Source of the DNA: Acetobacteraceae bacterium
GTDB lineage: Bacteria > Pseudomonadota > Alphaproteobacteria > Acetobacterales > Acetobacteraceae
Reading direction: 5' to 3'
Length of the DNA stretch: 64,000 nt
NCBI GenBank assembly: GCA_031555315.1
Contig: JAVBUO010000001.1
Coordinates: 6,275 to 70,274 of the forward strand
Position numbers and translations under genes: made by a program. The notes under the pieces are model-generated. The model was not told where the DNA came from. It saw nothing but the letters and a program-made list of their open reading frames with translations, and made no database searches. Every line of letters begins with the position of its first letter. The stretch's first letter is position 1. This document shows positions 55,155-62,694 of this stretch, piece by piece.

Positions 55155-55182
55155 GTGACAAATTTAAAAAAACATACATAAT
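55155..55182 (+). promoter_or_regulatory. Putative sigma-70-type promoter of the first RGYY lipoprotein gene
   Basis: GTGACA - 16 nt - CATAAT in an AT-rich tract about 70 nt upstream of ATG 55250. Confidence 0.35.
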
Positions 55183-55249
55183 GTCTCCATACTTTATATA
55201 CTCATGGTTTAACGGTGCGCAGCCACTGATCCAGACAGGAGGTTTTGAA

Positions 55250-55522
55250 ATGCGTGTTTTATCCTTCGGCGTCCTCGCCGCCACATTGCTGCTTGCCGCG
55301 TGTCAGCATCCGGACGGTTCGACCGATTATGCCGGTTCCGCCCTGCTGGGGGCCGGTATCGGCGCCGCCGGGGGGCTGGTTGCCGCCGGCATTCACGACA
55401 ACAACAACTACAACCGGGGATATTACCGTAACGGTTACTACCACAACGGTTATTACCGCTCGCCCAGGTACTATCGCGGCGGCGGATATTACGGGCCGCC
55501 GCGCGGCTATTACCGTTACTGA
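55250..55522 (+). CDS. Glycine-zipper lipoprotein with Arg/Gly/Tyr-rich tail (paralog 1)
   Basis: Last 90 codons of ORF 54794..55522. Signal peptide with lipobox MRVLSFGVLAATLLLAAC, zipper SALLGAGIGAAGGLVAAG and tail RGYYRNGYYHNGYYRSPRYYRGGGYYGPPRGYYRY. AGGAGG upstream. Confidence 0.8.
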   Translation: MRVLSFGVLAATLLLAACQHPDGSTDYAGSALLGAGIGAAGGLVAAGIHDNNNYNRGYYRNGYYHNGYYRSPRYYRGGGYYGPPRGYYRY

Positions 55523-55530
55523 ACATGGCA

Positions 55531-55558
55531 AGGGGCCTTCACCGGGCCCCTTCTTTTA
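55531..55558 (+). terminator. Intrinsic terminator after paralog 1
   Basis: AGGGGCC-TTCACCG-GGCCCCT followed by TCTTTTAT. Confidence 0.65.
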
Positions 55559-55664
55559 TGCCGGTAACATTCTGTCACCTAACATAGAAAAAAAGCCACA
55601 TTCCGACCACCGTTTTACCGCCCGGTGCCTGCAAGCTCCACGCATAGCTTCAAGGAGACACACC

Positions 55665-55919
55665 ATGCGCCTCAAACCTCTGCTAGCCCTGTCCGCCCTG
55701 CTGCTGGTTGCGGCGTGTCAGAACCCCGATGGTTCGGTCAACTATGCGAATTCGGCCCTGTTGGGTGCGGGCATCGGTGCGGCCGGCGGGCTCGTCGCCG
55801 CCGGAGCCTCGGACAACGGACGGTATTACGACCGCGGTTATTATCGTTCCCCGCCGCCGCGGTATTATGGCGGTGGTGGTTATGGCCGCGGATATTACGG
55901 GCGTGGATATTACCGCTGA
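55665..55919 (+). CDS. Glycine-zipper lipoprotein with Arg/Gly/Tyr-rich tail (paralog 2)
   Basis: Last 84 codons of ORF 55245..55919. Signal peptide with lipobox MRLKPLLALSALLLVAAC, an identical zipper SALLGAGIGAAGGLVAAG and tail YYDRGYYRSPPPRYYGGGGYGRGYYGRGYYR. AAGGAG upstream. Confidence 0.8.
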   Translation: MRLKPLLALSALLLVAACQNPDGSVNYANSALLGAGIGAAGGLVAAGASDNGRYYDRGYYRSPPPRYYGGGGYGRGYYGRGYYR

Positions 55920-55925
55920 TCCGAC

Positions 55926-55951
55926 AAGGGGGCCGAAAGGCCCCCTTTTTT
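55926..55951 (+). terminator. Intrinsic terminator after paralog 2, shared end point with the convergent amidase gene
   Basis: AAGGGGGCC-GAAA-GGCCCCCTT followed by TTTT. The amidase stop codon (55950-55952) lies in the T-tract. Confidence 0.8.
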
Positions 55952-57443
55952 AACCGAAACCGAAAAACCCCGGCATGTCGCGAATCAGCGGGGCTTTTTT
56001 CAGCGCCGCGATATCGGGCTGCGGCCGCGCCAGAGCGGCATCGTCCGCGAACGCCTGTTCCAGCGCCAGCGCGACGTTGAGCACAAAGGCATCGCCACCG
56101 CGTGGCCCCACGATCTGCAGCCCGAACGGCATACCTGCGTGGTCCTTGCCGCACGGAATGCAGATGGCCGGGTGTCCGGTCAGCGTGATGCCGTAAGACA
56201 GTGCCAACCAATGGAAGTAGGTGCGTGTCGGTTCGCCGTCGATCTCGGCCGGGTACAATTCCGCCCAGTCGCGCGGGCTGATGGTGATGCCGGGCGTGAT
56301 CAGCACGTCGTAACGGTCGAAGAAATTCTGGAATTCGTGGTAGATGCGTGTCTGTTCGATATGCGCCGCCGCGAAATCCTCCAGCGTGTAGCCCAGACCT
56401 TCCTCGATGTTCGCATGCAGGTTCGGCCCCAGATCGTCCGGCCGCGTGCGGTACCATTGCAGATACTTGCCCAGAAACCCCACGGCGCGCCCCACTTCGA
56501 AGGCGCGGTCGGCACCTTTCATATCGGGGTTTTCGTCGACCGCTTCACCGAACCGGGTGCGGAATTTTTCCGTTTTCTCGGCAAACACGGCGCGGATGTG
56601 TTTTTCGGTCGGCGCAAAACCAAGGTCAGGGCTGAACGCCACACGCAGGCTGGACAGATCCAGCGCCCTGGCCGGATAGAAATGCGCCGGCCGCTGCACG
56701 CGCCGCCCGTGAATGGTGGTGGCCAGCGGGTCGCCCTTGTGATTCCCGGCCATCACCGACATCAGCAGCGCCGTGTCGGCCACATCGCGCCCCATCGGGC
56801 CGAGCGTGCCGTTTGTCGTCCAGCCCAGCGCGCGTTTGGGATTCGGCACCAGCCCCTGGGTGGGGCGAAACCCGACGATGCCGTTGAACGCCGCCGGGTT
56901 ACGCAGCGACCCGCCGGTATCGCTGCCCGTGCACAGCGCCGCCATGCCCGTCGCCAGCGCCACCGCCGACCCGCCCGACGACCCCGCCGCGGATTTACGG
57001 GTATCGAACGGATTACCCGTCACACCGTAGACCTTGTTGCGCGAATTCGCCCCTGCCCCCCATTCAGGCACATTGGTCTTGCCGATGATGATGCCGCCCG
57101 CCTTGCGAATCTTCATCACATGCAGATCGTCGGTCTTCGGCACGTGATCGGCGAAAATCGGGCTGCCGAACGTGGTGCGCAGCCCGGCGGTTTCCTCGAG
57201 GTCCTTCACCCCGACCGGCAGGCCGTGCAGCGCGCCCAGTTTTTCGCCCTTCATCACTGCATGTTCGGCGACGCGTGCCGCTTCACGCGCACGGTCGAAA
57301 TCGCGCGCCACCATGCAGTTTACCGCCGGGTCCACCTGTTCGATGCGTTCGATGCAGCTGTCCACCAGTTCCACGGGAGAAAGTTTCTTCGCGCCGATCA
57401 GCGCGCGCGCCGCAACCGCGGACAGATCACAAGGTTCGCTCAT
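55950..57443 (-). CDS. Amidase-signature family amidase
   Basis: ORF 55950..57443. Motifs GKTNVPEWG, AAGSSGGSAVALATG and GSDTGGSLRNPA. Confidence 0.9.
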   Translation of the reverse strand: MSEPCDLSAVAARALIGAKKLSPVELVDSCIERIEQVDPAVNCMVARDFDRAREAARVAEHAVMKGEKLGALHGLPVGVKDLEETAGLRTTFGSPIFADHVPKTDDLHVMKIRKAGGIIIGKTNVPEWGAGANSRNKVYGVTGNPFDTRKSAAGSSGGSAVALATGMAALCTGSDTGGSLRNPAAFNGIVGFRPTQGLVPNPKRALGWTTNGTLGPMGRDVADTALLMSVMAGNHKGDPLATTIHGRRVQRPAHFYPARALDLSSLRVAFSPDLGFAPTEKHIRAVFAEKTEKFRTRFGEAVDENPDMKGADRAFEVGRAVGFLGKYLQWYRTRPDDLGPNLHANIEEGLGYTLEDFAAAHIEQTRIYHEFQNFFDRYDVLITPGITISPRDWAELYPAEIDGEPTRTYFHWLALSYGITLTGHPAICIPCGKDHAGMPFGLQIVGPRGGDAFVLNVALALEQAFADDAALARPQPDIAALKKAPLIRDMPGFFGFG

Positions 57444-57446
57444 GCT

Positions 57447-59045
57447 TCAATACCCCATTGCACAGCCATCTTTGCGCGGATCGGACCCGGCACACAGTAT
57501 GCCGCGCGCATGGTCGATCAAAATCGCCTGGGCACCGCCGTGCGGCTTGTCGATCACGTCGCACCGATGGCCCAGATTGTTCAGCCCTACGATCAGATCG
57601 CTCGAGAAACCGCGCTCCACCTGCACCTTGCCGTCGGCCGGCATCAGGCGCGGGAAATCCATCGCTTCCTGAATGTCCATGCCGAATTCCAGCATGTTGG
57701 TCAGGAACAGCGAATGGCCCATCGGCTGGAAATGCCCGCCCATCACGCCGTACGGCATCATGCAGCGTCCGTCCTTCATCACCATGCCGGGGATGATCGT
57801 GTGCATCGGCCGCTTGCCCGGCGCGATGCAGTTCAGATGCCCGCGTTCCAGACGGAACCCGAAGCCGCGGTTCTGCAGCATCACGCCCGATTTCTGCGCC
57901 AGAATGCCCGACCCGAACCCTTCGAACAGCGAATTGATGAACGAACACGCATTGCCGTCGCGGTCCACCACCGTCAGATACACCGTGTCGCGGTGCGGTG
58001 GCAGAATCGCTTCGCCGGGGTTCGGCAGATCCTGCATCGCGCGGTCGTCACGGATCAGCGCGCGCAGTGCGCCGAGATATTCCGGCGACGTCAGATGCTT
58101 CAGCGGCACGTCCACGTGCTCAGGATCGGCCAGAAACGCGTTACGGTCGCGATAGCACAGCCGCGCCGCTTCGATATGCCGGTGCAGACGGACAAGCGAC
58201 ATCGGGCCGTCGGCCGGCGTTTCCATCCGGCCCAGAATGCCCATCAGCATCAGCGCGATCATGCCCGAACCGTTCGGCGGGCACTGGAACACCTCGTGCC
58301 CGCGCCAGCCGATCGAGATCGGGTCGACGAACTGCGCGGCATCGCGGCCCGCGGCAAAGTCGGCTTCGGTCTGCCCGCCACCGCGCGCCTTCAGGGTCGC
58401 CACCATGTCGGCGGCGACAGGGCCTTCGTAGAAACCCTTCGCGCCGTGCCGGGCAATGGCGCGCAACGTCGCGCCCAGTTCCTTCTGCACGAACATATGC
58501 CCGGGCTGCGGCGCCTGTCCGCCCGGCAGAAACTGATCGGCGCCGCCCTTTTTCAGTTTGGCGACCGTGCCTGCCCAGTCGAACGCCACGCGCGGATGCA
58601 CGGGAAAGCCTTCTTCCGCCAAACGGATGGCCGGTTGCAGCAATTCGTCGAAGCCTTTGCGGCCATGCGCGGCCAGCAGTTTTTCCCACGCGCCGACCGC
58701 CCCCGGCACCGTGACCGCATGGGCCGAGGTGTTTTCGATCGCGGCGATCCCGTTCGACTCGAAATACTCCATCGACGCATAACCCGCCGCCCGGCCCGAG
58801 CCGTTGATGGCAACCGGGCGCGATGCTCCGGCGGGCGCATACAGACAGAAACAGTCGCCGCCGATCCCGGTGCTCTGCGGTTCCACCACCGCCAGCACGG
58901 CGGCGGCGGCCACCGCGGCATCCAGCGCGTTTCCACCCGCCCGCAGTACATCCAGCGCCGTCAGGGTCGCAATCGGCATCGAGGTGGCCGCCATCGCGTT
59001 GGCGGCATAAACGGGGCTGCGGCCCGGCAGTTGAAAATCGCGCAT
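57447..59045 (-). CDS. ggt: Gamma-glutamyltransferase-family protein without signal peptide
   Basis: Internal ATG 59045 of ORF 57447..59294. Motifs EPQSTGIGGD, the nucleophile region PHRDTVYLTVVD, and GSDPRKDG. Confidence 0.85.
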   Translation of the reverse strand: MRDFQLPGRSPVYAANAMAATSMPIATLTALDVLRAGGNALDAAVAAAAVLAVVEPQSTGIGGDCFCLYAPAGASRPVAINGSGRAAGYASMEYFESNGIAAIENTSAHAVTVPGAVGAWEKLLAAHGRKGFDELLQPAIRLAEEGFPVHPRVAFDWAGTVAKLKKGGADQFLPGGQAPQPGHMFVQKELGATLRAIARHGAKGFYEGPVAADMVATLKARGGGQTEADFAAGRDAAQFVDPISIGWRGHEVFQCPPNGSGMIALMLMGILGRMETPADGPMSLVRLHRHIEAARLCYRDRNAFLADPEHVDVPLKHLTSPEYLGALRALIRDDRAMQDLPNPGEAILPPHRDTVYLTVVDRDGNACSFINSLFEGFGSGILAQKSGVMLQNRGFGFRLERGHLNCIAPGKRPMHTIIPGMVMKDGRCMMPYGVMGGHFQPMGHSLFLTNMLEFGMDIQEAMDFPRLMPADGKVQVERGFSSDLIVGLNNLGHRCDVIDKPHGGAQAILIDHARGILCAGSDPRKDGCAMGY

Positions 59046-59187
59046 ACTTTGGTGTTTCCTGGACTTGTATCGAAGGATTCGAGCGATAGCCGGAATTAAA
59101 CCCGCCCATGCGTATGCCGTCCAGACCCACGCCCGGCTTGGCAGGCGCCCCCGCCATGCGCCATGCTGCGCGGCAAGGAGCCACATC

Positions 59188-59544
59188 ATGAGCAGTACAT
59201 CGGTTCGCGAACCGGTCACCTTCGACGATTTCGACCGTGTGGATATCCGGGTCGGCACCATCGTCGACGTCCGCCCCTTCCCCGAGGCGCGCAAGCCGTC
59301 GTTTCAGATCTGGGTCGATTTCGGGGCCGCGTTCGGGGTGAAGAAATCCTCGGCCCAGATTACCGTACATTACAAACCCGACCAGCTGATCGGCCGGCAG
59401 GTCGCCGCGGTGGTCAACTTTCCGCCACGCCAGATCGGCCCGTTCATGAGCGAGGTCCTCTGCCTCGGCTTTCCTGACAAGGACGGCAATGTCGTGCTGG
59501 TCCGCCCGGACCATAAGGTGCCGGATGGCGGGAAACTGTTCTAA
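59188..59544 (+). CDS. csaA: tRNA-binding protein CsaA (EMAP/OB-fold)
   Basis: Internal ATG 59188 of ORF 59065..59544. Sequence DFDRVDIRVGTIVDVRPFPEARKPSFQIWVDFG...SSAQIT...NFPPRQIGPFMSEVLCLG. Confidence 0.85.
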   Translation: MSSTSVREPVTFDDFDRVDIRVGTIVDVRPFPEARKPSFQIWVDFGAAFGVKKSSAQITVHYKPDQLIGRQVAAVVNFPPRQIGPFMSEVLCLGFPDKDGNVVLVRPDHKVPDGGKLF

Positions 59545-59566
59545 TACCCCCTCCCGCAGGGTTTAT

Positions 59567-59650
59567 TGCCTCGGCTTTCCTGACAAGGACGGCAAGTCTG
59601 TGCTAATCCGCCCGGACCACAGAATGCTGGAGGACGGAAGACCGTTCTGA
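59567..59650 (+). pseudogene. Diverged duplicate of the last 28 codons of csaA
   Basis: 84 nt align without gaps to 59461..59544; by hand count 67 of 84 are identical, including the first 29. The frame and stop are preserved ([27 protein letters not shown]). Its TGA overlaps the gpt ATG (TGATG). Confidence 0.8.
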
Positions 59651-60135
59651 TGTCGGCAAACAGATACTATATGGTGACCTGGGACCAGTTGCACCGCGAC
59701 GCGCGCGCCCTCGCCTGGCGGCTGCTGGAGCGCGGCCCGTGGAAAGGCGTGGTGGCGGTGACGCGCGGCGGGCTGATCCCGGCGGCGATCATCGCGCGCG
59801 AGCTGGAAACCCGCATGGTCGATTGCGTATCGGTCGTCACCTACGACGAGGAAAAACTCGGCAAGCCCGAGATCATCAAGATGCCAACCGCAGCAGGCGA
59901 TGGCGAAGGCTGGCTGGTGATCGACGATCTGGTCGATACCGGCACAACGTCGCGCATCGTGCGCGGCGTGCTGCCGAAAGCGCATTTCGCCACGGTGTAT
60001 GCGAAGCCGCAGGGCCGGCCACTGGTCGACACCTACGTGACCGAAGTGTCGCAGGACACCTGGATCATGTTCCCGTGGGATACCGAACCGCAGTTCGCCC
60101 CCCCGATCGCCAAACGCACCGGCGGTGGCGGCTGA
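59650..60135 (+). CDS. gpt: Xanthine-guanine phosphoribosyltransferase
   Basis: ORF 59650..60135. Sequence [16 protein letters not shown]...[11 protein letters not shown]...[18 protein letters not shown] upstream. Confidence 0.9.
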   Translation: MSANRYYMVTWDQLHRDARALAWRLLERGPWKGVVAVTRGGLIPAAIIARELETRMVDCVSVVTYDEEKLGKPEIIKMPTAAGDGEGWLVIDDLVDTGTTSRIVRGVLPKAHFATVYAKPQGRPLVDTYVTEVSQDTWIMFPWDTEPQFAPPIAKRTGGGG

Positions 60136-60136
60136 G

Positions 60137-60592
60137 ATGTCCGCACGCCCTTCCCGCAAACTGCCGCCGCCTGCCCTGATGCCCGAGGAACCGTGCCAGG
60201 CGCTGCGGCACGCACAGGCGCGCAGCGCCCGCGCCTCGGCGCTGATGGAAGATTACGTGGAGCTGATCGACGACCTGCTGGCCACCGAGGGCGAGGCGCG
60301 ACCGACCGACATCGCGCGCCGGCTGGGCGTATCGCACGCCACCGCAATCAAGACGATCGGGCGGCTGAAGACATTGGGGTTGGTGCACTCCAAACCCTAT
60401 CGCAGCATTTTTCTGACCGACATCGGCAAGGCACTGGCCGACCGGGTGCGGGCGCGCCACCGGCTGGTGGTGGACGTACTGGCTGCCCTCGGCGTGCCGC
60501 AGGAAATCGCCGAGACCGACGCTGAAGGCATCGAGCATCATGTCAGCGAGGCGACGCTGACCGCGTTCGAGACGTTCTTACGCGAGCGCTAG
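60137..60592 (+). CDS. mntR: DtxR/MntR-family metal-dependent transcriptional regulator
   Basis: ATG 60137 inside ORF 60125..60592 (60125 is GTG). Sequence EDYVELIDDL...ARPTDIARRLGVSHATAIKTIGRLK...DAEGIEHHVS. Confidence 0.85.
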   Translation: MSARPSRKLPPPALMPEEPCQALRHAQARSARASALMEDYVELIDDLLATEGEARPTDIARRLGVSHATAIKTIGRLKTLGLVHSKPYRSIFLTDIGKALADRVRARHRLVVDVLAALGVPQEIAETDAEGIEHHVSEATLTAFETFLRER

Positions 60593-61426
60593 AAACGCAG
60601 CGACCGCCGCGATGCTCGCCGCATCGTTCAGCATCGGCGCATGGCCCGCACCGGGCACGACCAGCCCCTCGGCGCCCGAGGCCAGCATGCGGTCGTATGT
60701 TTCCGCCAGCAGCAGATCGCTCTCGGCGCCGCGCACCACCAATCTGGGAATGGCGGTACGGTCCCAGAACATCGACAGATCGACATCGGCCAGCGGTCCG
60801 GTTTTCACCATCTTGGCGATCGCCGGGTCATAGTGAAACATGTAGCGGCCGTCCGGCAGCCGCCGCGCCGAATACTTCGCCATATCGGCCCATTCGGCCT
60901 CGCTCAGCGCGCCGAACGGGGCATGTACCTTGCGCAGATTGGCCTCCAGCGCCGCCAGATCGGCGAACACCGGCTGCCAGCCGATGTAATCGCGAATACG
61001 CGCCATCGCCTCTTTCGGGATGAACGGGCCGACATCGTTGATCACCATACGCCGCACCGGCACGTTCGCGCACGCCGCGGTCAGCATGCCACAAATGCCG
61101 CCCAGGCTGGTGCCGATCCAGTCCACCTCACGCCCGAGCGCTGCCAGCAGGTGCGCAAGCGCGGTCACATAGCTGGGATAGACATATTCCTCGGGCGCGG
61201 ACAGCCAGTCCGAGCGGCCGCGCCCCGGCAGGTCGACGGCGATCACCCGCCGCCCCTGCCCGGCCAGCGCCTGCGCGATCACGTCGAAATCGCGGCCCTG
61301 ACGGGTCAGCCCATGCACGCACAAAACTGGCGGCGCGGCGCCGTCCGCCGGCCCCCATTCGGTCCAGCACAGGCGATGGAAGGTGCCGTTCAGCAGATAG
61401 CGGATCTCGCCTTCGCGCGGGGTCAT
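60578..61426 (-). CDS. Alpha/beta-fold hydrolase
   Basis: ORF 60578..61426. Motifs VLCVHGLTRQGRDFD, nucleophile elbow GTSLGG and C-terminal GAGHAPML. ATGA overlap with the upstream gene. Confidence 0.85.
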   Translation of the reverse strand: MTPREGEIRYLLNGTFHRLCWTEWGPADGAAPPVLCVHGLTRQGRDFDVIAQALAGQGRRVIAVDLPGRGRSDWLSAPEEYVYPSYVTALAHLLAALGREVDWIGTSLGGICGMLTAACANVPVRRMVINDVGPFIPKEAMARIRDYIGWQPVFADLAALEANLRKVHAPFGALSEAEWADMAKYSARRLPDGRYMFHYDPAIAKMVKTGPLADVDLSMFWDRTAIPRLVVRGAESDLLLAETYDRMLASGAEGLVVPGAGHAPMLNDAASIAAVAAFLALA

Positions 61427-62640
61427 GCGATGCCCTTTTCCTTCAGTGCGGCGATCTCGGCCGCGTTCATACCCAGCAGGCCGGTCAACACATCTTCCGT
61501 GTGTTCACCGAGCAGCGGCGGTGCATGGCGGTAATCGGCCGGCGTCGCCGACAAACGCACCGGGTTGGCGATCACTTTCACCGTGGCGCCACTTGCGTGT
61601 GCCAGTTCCTTCACCATGCCGCGCGCCACGACGTGCGGATCGGCGAACACGTCTTTCAGCGTATTGATCGGGCCGCAGCCGATCGACAGGGATTCCAGCT
61701 TTTCCACCCATTCCTTGGTGGTGCGCACCTGCATCACCGGCGTCAGCGTCTCCGTCACCAGTTGCCGGTTCTGCACGCGCGCGGCATTGGTGGCGAAGCG
61801 GTCATCGGTCAGCAGATGTTCCAGCCCGAACGCCTTGCAAAACTTCTGAAAGGTCGGGTCGTTGCCGATCGACAGCACCATGTGCCCGTCTTTGGTTGGA
61901 AAGACCTGATACGGTACGATGTTCGGATGCTGGTTGCCCAGGCGCGGCGGGTTTTCGCCGCTCGCCAGATAATTCATGCCCTGATTGGCGAGCCACGCGA
62001 CCGACGTGTCGAGCATGCCGATATCGATCTGCTGCCCCTGCCCGGTCTTTTCCTTGTGCCGCAGCGCCGCCAGCACGCCGATGCAACCGTACAGCCCGGC
62101 GAACAGATCGGCGACCGGCACGCCGACTTTCTGCGGCAGGCCATCGGGTTCGCCGGTAATGCTCATCACGCCGCCCATCGCCTGAATCAGGCTGTCGTAA
62201 CCGGGGCGCGGCGCATAGGGGCCGCTCTGGCCGAAACCGGTGATCGAGCAATAGATCAACCCGGGGAATTCGCCCTTTAACGATGCATAATCAAGACCGT
62301 ACTTGGCCAAGCCGCCGGTCTTGAAATTCTCGACCAGAATATCGCAGCTGGCCAGCAGCTTCTTGATGATCGCCTGGCCCTCGGGCTGCGCGATATCCAG
62401 CGTCACACTGCGCTTGTTGCGGTTCACGCCGACGAAATACGCGCTCTCGTTCGTGCCCGGCATAACGGGTGGTGCAAAGCCGCGCGTGTCGTCGCCCGCG
62501 CCGGGTTTTTCGATCTTGATCACATCCGCCCCAAGATCACCCAGCATCTGCGCGCAGGTCGGCCCCGCCAGCACGCGGGTCAGGTCCAGCACGCGCAGTC
62601 CGGCCAGCGGCCCCGTCGGCTGCTTCTCGCCCATTGTCAT
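61423..62640 (-). CDS. CaiB/BaiF-family (class III) CoA-transferase
   Basis: ORF 61423..62640. Sequence LAGLRVLDLTRVLAGPTCAQMLGDLGADVIKIE...NRNKRSV...PGYDSLIQAMGG. Confidence 0.9.
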   Translation of the reverse strand: MTMGEKQPTGPLAGLRVLDLTRVLAGPTCAQMLGDLGADVIKIEKPGAGDDTRGFAPPVMPGTNESAYFVGVNRNKRSVTLDIAQPEGQAIIKKLLASCDILVENFKTGGLAKYGLDYASLKGEFPGLIYCSITGFGQSGPYAPRPGYDSLIQAMGGVMSITGEPDGLPQKVGVPVADLFAGLYGCIGVLAALRHKEKTGQGQQIDIGMLDTSVAWLANQGMNYLASGENPPRLGNQHPNIVPYQVFPTKDGHMVLSIGNDPTFQKFCKAFGLEHLLTDDRFATNAARVQNRQLVTETLTPVMQVRTTKEWVEKLESLSIGCGPINTLKDVFADPHVVARGMVKELAHASGATVKVIANPVRLSATPADYRHAPPLLGEHTEDVLTGLLGMNAAEIAALKEKGIA

Positions 62641-62694
62641 CCCCCGGATTATGGTGTGACGTTATATAAAGCCGCGTCCAAAGAGAGGAAACCC

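Noticed and set aside
57447-59045. Gamma-glutamyltransferase without a signal peptide, paired with an amidase, as something unusual.
   Set aside because: Cytoplasmic GGT-family paralogs lacking signal peptides are common, and the motifs here are ordinary. Nothing in the sequence suggests a new function.
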